From NCBI GenBank assembly GCA_050250895.1, contig JBFWNU010000001.1:2756891-2820890 (forward strand): a stretch of 64,000 nucleotides of DNA, written 5' to 3'. The translations under genes and the position numbers were made by a program. The DNA is from Vulcanimicrobiota bacterium (lineage in GTDB: Bacteria; Vulcanimicrobiota; Xenobia; Xenobiales; JADMJV01). The stretch's first letter is position 1. Each line of letters begins with the position of its first letter. Positions 1-8,492 of the stretch are shown here, piece after piece. The notes below the pieces were generated by a model, which was not told the DNA's origin, did not search any database, and worked only from the letters and a program-made list of their open reading frames with translations.

Positions 1-675
1 CTCGCCGTTGACCACGTCGCGGGGCAGGCGATAGATGGGGATGCCCAAAGTAAGAAAGCCTCCGGGAATATCGCGTTGCTCGTAGATGTGGCACTCGAAG
101 CCCCACGAGCGCAGCAGCATGGCGCATTGGTAGCCGGCCGGGCCGCCGCCGATGATGCCGATGGTCTTGCCGTGGAGCGGCTGACTGCAGCAGTACTTTT
201 CATACGAGAAACGCTCGGACTCGGGCAGGTTGGCCTCCCAGTCGGAGTATACTCGCTTGAGCTTGCGAATGGCGATGGGCTCGGGCCCGGTAAAACCGCG
301 CGAGCACTGTTTTTCGCAGGGGGCCGGGCAGACGCGGCCCAGGGTAGCCACGAACGGGTAGGTCTTGCGCAGCATCTCCATGCCTTCGCGCCAGTTGCCT
401 TCCCCGGCCAGGGTCACGTAACCGCGGGCGTCGGTGTGGGCCGGACAGCCGGTGGTGCAGGGCGCCCAGCGGGTGCCGGGGTACCAGTCGCTCTTGTTCT
501 TGATCGATTCGGGACTGTGGAAATCGACCATCCTCAGCATTCCGCGCGAGTTGGCCGGAATCGACTCGTTGCGAACCAACGGATAGTTGATGGTCACCGA
601 CGGTTGACGAAAATGTTTGTAGGTGACCGACATTCCTCCGAGGATGGCCCGAAGGTTGTCGAGGATGGTTGGCAT
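1..675 (-). CDS. Partial (3' end outside window) GltD/NfnB-like Fe-S FAD/NAD(P)H oxidoreductase with NuoI-like N-terminus
   Basis: Manual translation, absent from the ORF track: MPTILDNLRAILGGMSVTYKHFRQPSVTINYP..SRGMLRM, then APCTTGCP..LGRVCPAPCEKQC..EPIAIRKLKR, IGIIGGGPAG, GGFLTLGIPIYRLPRDVV. Confidence 0.9.
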   Translation of the reverse strand, partial: MPTILDNLRAILGGMSVTYKHFRQPSVTINYPLVRNESIPANSRGMLRMVDFHSPESIKNKSDWYPGTRWAPCTTGCPAHTDARGYVTLAGEGNWREGMEMLRKTYPFVATLGRVCPAPCEKQCSRGFTGPEPIAIRKLKRVYSDWEANLPESERFSYEKYCCSQPLHGKTIGIIGGGPAGYQCAMLLRSWGFECHIYEQRDIPGGFLTLGIPIYRLPRDVVNGE

Positions 676-825
676 GAGAGTGCCCTTTCTCCCCCTGCAG
701 TTATAGACTTTTCCAGGGTTCGCTGGGTTTCCCTTCGTCTTGAAGTCGAGCCTTCCTACTGTTGTCAGCCACGCAAAAAGACGGCCCGAGGACCGCCTTT
801 GCTAGTTCTGACGACTGTGATCGTT

Positions 826-1077
826 CTAGAGGTGGCGCGCGATGGCGGCCTGGGTCAAGGCCTCGCCGACCCGCAGTTCGGGACTCACGGCACGCAGATT
901 CCGGGTGGCCTGGCCGAGTTCGAGGCTGCTCACTTTGGGCAAGAAGAGGTTGCCGGGGTCGCTCTCGCGGCGGGCGACCAGCAAGGCGAAGTTGAGAGGG
1001 TAACGTTTTTCTTCGACCAGTTTCTGCGTCTTCTGAGCGATCTTGTCGGCATACTTCAGATAGTCGGTTCTCGTCAT
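826..1077 (-). CDS. Small hypothetical protein (83 aa)
   Basis: ATG at 1077 preceded by GGGAGG; typical composition. Confidence 0.6.
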   Translation of the reverse strand: MTRTDYLKYADKIAQKTQKLVEEKRYPLNFALLVARRESDPGNLFLPKVSSLELGQATRNLRAVSPELRVGEALTQAAIARHL

Positions 1078-1224
1078 CTTTTTGTGGCCTCCCGCTGGTG
1101 ATGTTGAAATCATAATCTTTGGTCGTTTCCGGAGGGTTGCGAGGGCTTTCCAGATATTGCCAGATTGTTAAAATGTTTGATTTTTCATGTTCACGATTCG
1201 CATCCTGAGAACCGGTCGAAAGTT

Positions 1225-1233
1225 TGTTATACT
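1225..1233 (+). promoter_or_regulatory. Extended -10 promoter (TGnTATACT), probably leaderless mRNA for pilin cassette 1
   Basis: TGTTATACT ends 7 nt before ATG 1241; no SD present. Confidence 0.5.
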
Positions 1234-1240
1234 CTTTATT

Positions 1241-3520
1241 ATGAAACAGCGTAGAGGAATCGCCCTGATCGTGGTGCTGCTGTTGGCCAGTGTCATGGCC
1301 GCACTGGCCGGGGCCTTCGTGACCCTGAACCGAGCCAACTTCGCCATGGCAGGGGATGTCGGCGAAGAGAGCCTGGCCCGGGCCACCGGAGACTCGGCCG
1401 TCAACTTCGCTTGCAGCCGCCTGACAGCTGACCCCGATTGGGGCGTGCCCGCCGGCTCCAGCGGTTGGACCCAGACGTTCGACTCCACCGAGCTGAAGGT
1501 CTGGGAGCGAGAGCAGGGCGGCATCGTCTCGGCCGTGGGCGTGATGAACGGAGGCAACAGCTGTTTTCAAATTCACTTCCAGGCTCCCAGCGCCGATGTG
1601 GTCGACTTTGCCGCGGTCGACCTCAACTCGATTCGCAGCAACCCGGCCACTCCGGGCAGTTGGACGCCGGCCGCCACCCTGACCCCGGCCCGCTGGGCCT
1701 CGACCAACAACTTCGATGCCCCGGCTGGCACCGTGCTGTCGCAGCCAAAAGTCGGTCTGCGACCCGTGCCGGCCCGCTCGGCCAACGTTCAGGTGCTGGT
1801 TTTCGCGGGGGACACCCAGCGTAAATTCGACACCACCCTGCATCGTCCCAGCGTGATCAGTTACGGGGTTCTGAGTCAGGGCGAGCTGGGCGTCGGCCTC
1901 GGCGGAGACCCTACCACTGGCGACACCAGCGGGGATTGGTCGGTCCTCTCGGCCGACCCCTATGTCAATGAGGTGGCGGGACGCAACGGAGTGCATGCTC
2001 CTGATGTGCTCAACGGCAGCAATGGTCAAACCACCAGCTTCACTGATGGCGGCAAGCTCAAGAGTGGCACCAACATCAATCTTTTTACCAATCTGTCGGT
2101 CGCTCCCGGCAGCCCGCCCGTGGTCACCACCTCGGGAGCCGGCGCGGTGGTCGGTGACGGCGTCAACGATGTCGACGAGAAAAACCAGCTGCGAGCCGCC
2201 ACGCAGGGTCAATACCTGGACCATCAGCAGATTCCCAACGTGGTGGCGACTTACAGCGGCGGCCTGGGTTTATCGGCTGTCACCGTCAGCCTTGACGCTG
2301 GCACCTATCGGTTCATCGCCGATAACACGGTCGAACAATATGATGGCTTCGGCACGTTAGTGGCCACCCACACGGGCACGATCGGGTCGACCGGTATCGA
2401 GCTGGTCAATTCCGAAATGCGCTTTCCCGAGAACCGTGAGGTGGTCGTGACCGGAAACCTCAACGTCGAGCGCGCAGCGACCTACGACAAAGTTCCCTAC
2501 GTAAGCCTGGGTCAGAACGCCAGCGGAGTGGGAGCGGCCTCGGTGCTCAAGGTCAATGGCGATGTCAATCTGAGTGCCGCTATCGCCGGCCAGGGGGCCC
2601 TCGTTTCTCAGGGCAACGTGGCTCTTCAGGGCAAGAGTGCCGTGGCTGCCCCGGCCGACCTGGGAGTGGCCGTGTTCGCGGCCCGCGATGTCACTTTCGC
2701 GCCGGTGGACAGCGCGGCCAGCTCCGCCGCCCCGGCTCAGGTGCTACCGGGTGATTGGAGTTCCCTGAATGATGCTTTCCTGGCTAATTCGGGCATCTCC
2801 AACCTGTGGGACCATCCCACTAAGGGTCTCAACGGCTGGGACACGCTCTCGAGCAGCGAGCGCCAGAAACACATCCGCCTGGGCGGGGGCGGCAACAAGT
2901 ACATTCCCGGCGGCCTGGCCAACGTTGGCGGAGTCGGTTCGTCGGCCTCAGCGGGCCTGACCCAGCGCGCCCAGGACCTGGGGTTGATCGCGGGTGCTCA
3001 GGACTTTACCGCCATCCCCGAATTGAGCGCTTTCACGCCCAACACCGTTCAGGACTATGTCGCGGCCTCGCTCTTTCTCGAGTCGCTGGCGACCGGTTCA
3101 CCGGACCTGACTCTGCTGGTGCCGGGTCCGAGCCTCGACCCCGTCGTGCAGGGCAAGGTCGACGCGCGTATCGAAGCGATGCTCGACAAGCTCTACGAGC
3201 AGAAATCAGGTTCGTTCGAGAATTTCGTCGGGTCTTCCACGGCCAATCCCGTGCCTCTCGCTGGCTACGAGGTCGTCAACCCTCGCGACGCCGAGTTTCG
3301 TGGGGTCGTCTACTCGGGGGGCAATATCGTAGCCAATATGGGAGGCTATCGGTTTAGCGTGGATGGAGCCGTGGCCGCCCAGGGCGATGTCTTGATGGAC
3401 GGAGTCAAGAAGCTGACCAGTCGCTACAATCCCACCTACATCGAGCGTTTCACGGACGCGTTCGATGTCTCGAGCACCGAGTCGGCCCAGGTCAAAGTTG
3501 TCTATCAGTCGGAATATTGA
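1241..3520 (+). CDS. Large PilX-like minor pilin/tip adhesin
   Basis: N-terminus MKQRRG|IALIVVLLLASVMAAL (PilX type, no Glu5); long Gly/Ser/Thr/Val-rich beta-type body. Confidence 0.75.
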   Translation: MKQRRGIALIVVLLLASVMAALAGAFVTLNRANFAMAGDVGEESLARATGDSAVNFACSRLTADPDWGVPAGSSGWTQTFDSTELKVWEREQGGIVSAVGVMNGGNSCFQIHFQAPSADVVDFAAVDLNSIRSNPATPGSWTPAATLTPARWASTNNFDAPAGTVLSQPKVGLRPVPARSANVQVLVFAGDTQRKFDTTLHRPSVISYGVLSQGELGVGLGGDPTTGDTSGDWSVLSADPYVNEVAGRNGVHAPDVLNGSNGQTTSFTDGGKLKSGTNINLFTNLSVAPGSPPVVTTSGAGAVVGDGVNDVDEKNQLRAATQGQYLDHQQIPNVVATYSGGLGLSAVTVSLDAGTYRFIADNTVEQYDGFGTLVATHTGTIGSTGIELVNSEMRFPENREVVVTGNLNVERAATYDKVPYVSLGQNASGVGAASVLKVNGDVNLSAAIAGQGALVSQGNVALQGKSAVAAPADLGVAVFAARDVTFAPVDSAASSAAPAQVLPGDWSSLNDAFLANSGISNLWDHPTKGLNGWDTLSSSERQKHIRLGGGGNKYIPGGLANVGGVGSSASAGLTQRAQDLGLIAGAQDFTAIPELSAFTPNTVQDYVAASLFLESLATGSPDLTLLVPGPSLDPVVQGKVDARIEAMLDKLYEQKSGSFENFVGSSTANPVPLAGYEVVNPRDAEFRGVVYSGGNIVANMGGYRFSVDGAVAAQGDVLMDGVKKLTSRYNPTYIERFTDAFDVSSTESAQVKVVYQSEY

Positions 3521-3941
3521 GCCTCGCGCGTTTTCACTCTTAGAGTTGGTGCTGGCCTTTGGCATCGTGGCCTTGCTTTTCCTCACGCTGGGACTGCTGT
3601 TTCTCAGCCTGTTGCGCGGCTCAGCCAAGGCCTCCAATACCACCGTAGGAGTCGTCTTTGCCCAGGATGTGCTCGACAGCGTCATTCGCAACGACCTCTA
3701 CTCGGCGAGCGCCGGACCGCGCAGCCAGGGTATCTACACGGTCGACGAGGCCAACTTGACCAATTTCTTCTACACGGTCGATTCGACTCAGGTACCACCC
3801 GTGGGCGGGGTGCACGCCGGTGGCTATCTGGTCACGGTCGAGGTGTGGTGGTGGACTGGCGATGCTCAACAGGCTCGCGCCGGACAGGGCCGGCTATCGA
3901 CTCGGGTGACCCGCCTGCACCTGCCTGGGAGTCTGCCTTGA
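3498..3941 (+). CDS. Type IV minor pilin (PilV-like)
   Basis: RA|FSLLELVLAFGIVALLF prepilin-like motif and C-terminal VTVEVWW; start uncertain (TTG 3498). Confidence 0.75.
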   Translation: MSISRNIEPRAFSLLELVLAFGIVALLFLTLGLLFLSLLRGSAKASNTTVGVVFAQDVLDSVIRNDLYSASAGPRSQGIYTVDEANLTNFFYTVDSTQVPPVGGVHAGGYLVTVEVWWWTGDAQQARAGQGRLSTRVTRLHLPGSLP

Positions 3942-4564
3942 GGCGAGGCTTTACCTTGCTCGAGGCGGTGTTGGGAGTGGGTCTCTTGGCCTTGCTGAGT
4001 CTGGCCGTGTTCGGCCTCTTTCGCCTGGGCTCGGACCACTTTCGCATCGGGGTCATGCGCAACGACTTGCAGGGTCAGGGAAGACGCGCCATCGCTTTGC
4101 TGCAGCGAGAGCTGCCGCGCAGCAGTTATCCCAGCGTGGGCGTCTTCAATAGCGGGCTCAATCCCCCTCGCGACGCCATCTCGTTTGCTACCCTGAGCGA
4201 CTGGAACGACCCGGTCCTGTTCGACCCGGCCGGGGGACGCCCTGAATGGGACCGCTACTACTTTTTCTTCTGTACCACCGACCTGCCCCGGGGACGACTG
4301 GGGTATGCGGTGGTCGATCCCGGCGGTGAGGCCAAGACTCCCTGGGCTAACATGGCGACTTTTACGCCGGTGGTTGCGCCTCCGAATGTGGCCGGCGAGT
4401 TGACCCGAGTCACCGTGCTGGCCGATAGCGTCGAGACATTCCAGGTGCGAGACTTGAGCGACCAGATCGCCTTTGACCTGGTGCTCTCAGGCCAGGGTCT
4501 TGATGTCAACCGTCGTCAGGAACGTTACCAGTTCACCTTTACGCTCAAGCCGATTAACCCTTAG
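3938..4564 (+). CDS. Type IV minor pilin (PilW/PulJ-like)
   Basis: RRG|FTLLEAVLGVGLLAL; TTG start overlaps the upstream TGA. Confidence 0.8.
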   Translation: MRRGFTLLEAVLGVGLLALLSLAVFGLFRLGSDHFRIGVMRNDLQGQGRRAIALLQRELPRSSYPSVGVFNSGLNPPRDAISFATLSDWNDPVLFDPAGGRPEWDRYYFFFCTTDLPRGRLGYAVVDPGGEAKTPWANMATFTPVVAPPNVAGELTRVTVLADSVETFQVRDLSDQIAFDLVLSGQGLDVNRRQERYQFTFTLKPINP

Positions 4565-5402
4565 CCGATACCGTTGTGCTGTTGAACCAGCCCGGCCGGT
4601 CGATGGTCAGGCTTTGACCGTCGCGCCGGATCTCGGTGTCGTTGGCCAGACCGGCCGGGTCCACCAGAATCCTGTCGGGCTCGACCGTGATGGTGGTGCC
4701 GTTGGCGAATCCGGGCCTGTCGATGGTCAGGCCGTTGCTGTTGACCGAGATGCGGGTGCTGTCGAGGGCCCCGGGAGGATCGATGTCGACATGGTTGCCG
4801 GCCCGCGAGATGACGAAGGCCTGACCGGCGCCACCGGGATCGACCACCAGGCGGTTGTTCTGGCGTTCGACCGTGATCTCGTTGAAGGCTCCGTGGGGAT
4901 CGATGATGGTGAGGTTTTCGCTCTGGCGGATGTCGACATCGAGCCGCGAACCGCGCCGGTCGAGCTTGGCTCGGCGCCCATCGATCGTCACGTTGGTCGA
5001 ATCGAACCAGCTCGGATTGATATTGACCCGATCGCCGTGGTGGGTCACGTCGGTGGCGTTGAACATTCCCGGAGGATTCACCTGAAACGAGCCACCCAGG
5101 CCGGCGACCGCCGCCTCGATGGGAGCGTAGAAGGCTAGAAAGGGCACGAAACTCAGGTTGCCGTTGAGGTCGTAAAAAAGACCGTCGCCCAGCGAGATGC
5201 CATAGTCGGAGCGGTCTACCGCGACCTTCTCCTCCCGGGTCTTGCCGTCGGGGTCCTTGACGGTGCGCACCTCTTGCTGGCGGATCAAATCGATCTTGAC
5301 CAGATCCTCGGGGGCATAAGCCACCTCGAGTTTGATGTTTTGAGCTCCCCGGGTGAAGCCAGGGCTGGCCGGCGGCGTGGTCGGCGTGGGTCGAATCTGC
5401 AT
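4554..5402 (-). CDS. Hypothetical protein with about 9 tandem 20-aa beta repeats
   Basis: GAGGAG SD before ATG 5402; (I/V)D(P/R)xG..NxTx(I/V) repeats. Confidence 0.8.
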   Translation of the reverse strand: MQIRPTPTTPPASPGFTRGAQNIKLEVAYAPEDLVKIDLIRQQEVRTVKDPDGKTREEKVAVDRSDYGISLGDGLFYDLNGNLSFVPFLAFYAPIEAAVAGLGGSFQVNPPGMFNATDVTHHGDRVNINPSWFDSTNVTIDGRRAKLDRRGSRLDVDIRQSENLTIIDPHGAFNEITVERQNNRLVVDPGGAGQAFVISRAGNHVDIDPPGALDSTRISVNSNGLTIDRPGFANGTTITVEPDRILVDPAGLANDTEIRRDGQSLTIDRPGWFNSTTVSAKG

Positions 5403-5466
5403 GACGTAACTCCTCGGCCCCACTCTAGAGGCGGCGAATTACGTGTTTATGAACGAGTTTTGAACT

Positions 5467-7032
5467 TTAACCCAGGTTGACCGGGCACTTACCCCGGGCT
5501 TGGAGTTGGCCGGTCAAGACCCGGCCCAGTGCGTTGAGGCTGAGGGGAGTGTAGTTGTAGCTCAAAACCACGTTGGGCGCCTCGATGTGGGCCAGCAGAT
5601 AGGGGCTGGCCAGGGAGACCACCACACAGTTCGTCTTTTGTTCGAGCAACAAGCGAATAAGGTCTCGCTGTGAGTCGGGGAGGCGGTCGCGGCCGTAAAC
5701 GGCCACCACCACGTTGGCGAACTCACCGGCCTGTTGGGCCAACATGGTCAGGGCCGGACCATCGCCGTGGCTATGATAGCGCTTCTCCTCGGTCTCGACC
5801 CCGGTCATGTGGGCCGCCAGCGATTCGCTGCGCGAGACCTCTCCCAGCGGAGTCTGGGGCAGCAGATCGGGCATCAGTACCAGTGTTTTTCCGCGCAGCG
5901 GCAAGACCCCGGGCTGCTGGCGCAAAACGGTGATGGTGCGGTCCACGATCGAGGCCATGCCGCGGCGATGGCCCTCGAGATCGTAGTTGACCGGAGTGGG
6001 GCGTTCGCAGAAGCGGCGTTTGAGTGCAAAAATTCGCTCGAGGGATGCATCCAGCCGTTCTTCGGCCAATCGTCCGCTCTGGACCGCCTCGACCAGACCG
6101 CGCAAACTCTCGAGATGATTCTGGAACGGACCACAGGCCAGCACCACATCGGCTCCGGCTTCGACGCTCATGACGGCGGCCTCGGCGACTCCGAAGCGGT
6201 CGGCGATGGCCAGCATGGCCATCGAGTCGGTGAAGATCAGGCCTTCGAAGCCCATCTGCTCGCGCAGCAAGCCCGTCAAAATCGGGCGCGACAAGGTGGC
6301 CGGAAGGCCCGGGGTAGGGTCGAAAGCCGGAAAGGTGATATGAGCCGTCATGATGGCTTCTACCTCGGCCCCGATGGCCGCCCGGAAGGGCGCCAGTTCG
6401 ACCTGCTCGAGCCGCTCACGCGAGTGGGGCACGGTGGCCAGGGCGATATGCGAGTCTTGACTGGTATCGCCGTGGCCGGGAAAGTGCTTGGCCGTCGACC
6501 CTACCCCGCCCTCGCGCAGGCCGCGAATGGCCGCCTGGCCGTGGCGTCCGACCAGTTCGGGATCGTCGCCGAACGAACGGACACCGATAATCGGGTTGTC
6601 AGGATTGCAGTTGACGTCCAGACAGGGGGCGAAGTCGAGGTGGATGCCCAGGCTGGCCATTTCACGGCCCATGATGCGATGAGCCTCGAAGGTGGCCTCG
6701 GGGTCGCCGGTGGCGGCCAGAGCCATCGGTCCGGGCGAAAGCGTCATCTCGTCAAAGCGAAAGCGATCGACAAGACCGCCCTCCTGGTCGACCGTCATCA
6801 GAGGCACGATCGAGCCGGCCTCGTGGATCTGGTTGACCAGGTCAACCACTTGCTGGCGGGTCGAAACGTTCTTGGCGAACAGGATCACCCCGTTCCAGGG
6901 GTGGGCCGTCAGGTGGGCCCGGGTCGGCTCGGAAAGCTCGAGACCCGGGATGTCGATCATGATCATCTGGGCGGCTTTGGCCTCAAGTGAGAGGGAAGAA
7001 ATGGGGGGGATGGACTCGGTCAGTTGGCTCAT
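5467..7032 (-). CDS. nagZ: GH3 beta-N-acetylhexosaminidase (two-domain)
   Basis: VDQEGG, RSFG, KHFPGHGDTSQDSH and IFTDSMAM motifs. Confidence 0.9.
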   Translation of the reverse strand: MSQLTESIPPISSLSLEAKAAQMIMIDIPGLELSEPTRAHLTAHPWNGVILFAKNVSTRQQVVDLVNQIHEAGSIVPLMTVDQEGGLVDRFRFDEMTLSPGPMALAATGDPEATFEAHRIMGREMASLGIHLDFAPCLDVNCNPDNPIIGVRSFGDDPELVGRHGQAAIRGLREGGVGSTAKHFPGHGDTSQDSHIALATVPHSRERLEQVELAPFRAAIGAEVEAIMTAHITFPAFDPTPGLPATLSRPILTGLLREQMGFEGLIFTDSMAMLAIADRFGVAEAAVMSVEAGADVVLACGPFQNHLESLRGLVEAVQSGRLAEERLDASLERIFALKRRFCERPTPVNYDLEGHRRGMASIVDRTITVLRQQPGVLPLRGKTLVLMPDLLPQTPLGEVSRSESLAAHMTGVETEEKRYHSHGDGPALTMLAQQAGEFANVVVAVYGRDRLPDSQRDLIRLLLEQKTNCVVVSLASPYLLAHIEAPNVVLSYNYTPLSLNALGRVLTGQLQARGKCPVNLG

Positions 7033-7043
7033 CGCCGCGAGTT

Positions 7044-8486
7044 CTACGCGCGTAGATCCCGAACCTTCTCGAGGTTTTTCGCGGTCTCCATCACGGTCTT
7101 GATGGCTCGGGAGAGGAAGGTCAAGCGCCGGGATTCGAGATATTGATCGAGGTCGTCGACCAGGGCCCCCAGCCCAGCCACGCCCTCGGCGACCTGCCTT
7201 TGAGCCTTCAGCACATGTTCGGGCAACTCGAGTCCGGTGGGGAACTGATCGAGCAGATATTGAGCTCCCAACTGCCGACCGCGGGTCAGCCGCACCCACT
7301 CGGCCAGGGTGGCGGTGGCCTCTTCGCCGGTCAACTGTTCTTCGCAGGCCCCCAACAAGCCACGCCAGAAGGCGTCTTTGCCTGTCTCTTGCTGCTGCAG
7401 CATCTGTTTGGGCATGCGGGCGCCGCAATCGCAGATCCTGGCCGTTATCGGGTTTGACGAGCCACAGCGCGGGCAGTTGAGCAGGCCCTCGCGCTGCGCC
7501 AACCCCCCGAAAAGAGCCATCTGCTCCGCCAGTTCGGGACCGGCCTCCAGCAACATCGGAAGGGCGTCGTTTTGCCGCCGAGCCGAGTCGGGTTTGGCCA
7601 GCACCAGTTCCAACGCCTGGCCGCTCTGCTCGAGGGCCCAACGGCAGGTGCCCAGACTCTCGTAGACGTGGCTCTCGGGGTCGCTGGCACTGGCTGCCGC
7701 CATTTCGAACTCGAAACAGGTGCGCACCAGTTGGCCGCGCGCCCATTGCAAGCACTCGAGCAGCCGGGCGGGCGGATAGATGGCGTCGGCGGCCGCGGCC
7801 AGACCGTGGATGGACCAGTCGAGCACGGGCACACCGGTGGGGCCGCCGCCGTAGGCCCAGGCCATCGACGAGATGAAAACCTCCTCGAGCCCCTCGCAGG
7901 CGATCAGAAACTTCTCGGCTCCGCTGGCCAGATGGCGTTTCTCGTGGTCGCCCAGAAAAGCGTCCATCTCTTGCAGCGCAGCCAGCACCTCACGGCAGGC
8001 CTTCTGGGCTTTACCCCCGCGAAAAGGGTCGCTGTCTTGCTCGAACCTCTTCATGCCCTCGGCGAATTGGGCCCAGAGGGCCTCGATCACCGCCGCCAGG
8101 CCGTCGGGCTCGAGTTCGCCGCGCCCCAGCAAACCCAGGACCTGTTGAAAGAAGTTGAGCAAGGGATAAGGCTGCTGGCCGCCCTCGATGGAGTATTCGG
8201 GAGGAACGTCAAAGAGCGGGCAGACCCAGCTGGCGATCTCGGCCCGTTCGTGAGGCAGGGTCTCGTCGAGGTATTGGACCAGCTCGGCCCCTCGCAAGAC
8301 CTGGGCTTGCAGCAAGACCACCTGCCAGCTTACCGGTTTCTCGCCCGGAGGCTGGCGTAACCAGGCTAGACTGTTGAAGAACTCGGCGTTCTCGTTGGGC
8401 AGCTGGTCGAGCACCAGACCGGCCACGCGTCGCAGCAGGCGAGCGCATTGGCGAGAGGGGTTATCCAACAGGTGCAGATGTAGCAC
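7044..8486 (-). CDS. Helical hypothetical protein with internal zinc ribbon
   Basis: CPRCGSSN..RICDCGARMP; resembles 41842..43368. Confidence 0.8.
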   Translation of the reverse strand: MLHLHLLDNPSRQCARLLRRVAGLVLDQLPNENAEFFNSLAWLRQPPGEKPVSWQVVLLQAQVLRGAELVQYLDETLPHERAEIASWVCPLFDVPPEYSIEGGQQPYPLLNFFQQVLGLLGRGELEPDGLAAVIEALWAQFAEGMKRFEQDSDPFRGGKAQKACREVLAALQEMDAFLGDHEKRHLASGAEKFLIACEGLEEVFISSMAWAYGGGPTGVPVLDWSIHGLAAAADAIYPPARLLECLQWARGQLVRTCFEFEMAAASASDPESHVYESLGTCRWALEQSGQALELVLAKPDSARRQNDALPMLLEAGPELAEQMALFGGLAQREGLLNCPRCGSSNPITARICDCGARMPKQMLQQQETGKDAFWRGLLGACEEQLTGEEATATLAEWVRLTRGRQLGAQYLLDQFPTGLELPEHVLKAQRQVAEGVAGLGALVDDLDQYLESRRLTFLSRAIKTVMETAKNLEKVRDLRA

Positions 8487-8492
8487 CCCGCG

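Noticed and set aside
76-1101. 341-aa plus-strand ORF
   Set aside because: Antisense shadow of the real minus-strand oxidoreductase at 1-675.
7033-7755. N-terminal extension of NagZ to 762 aa
   Set aside because: Overlaps the upstream gene out of frame; GH3 similarity starts at ATG 7032.
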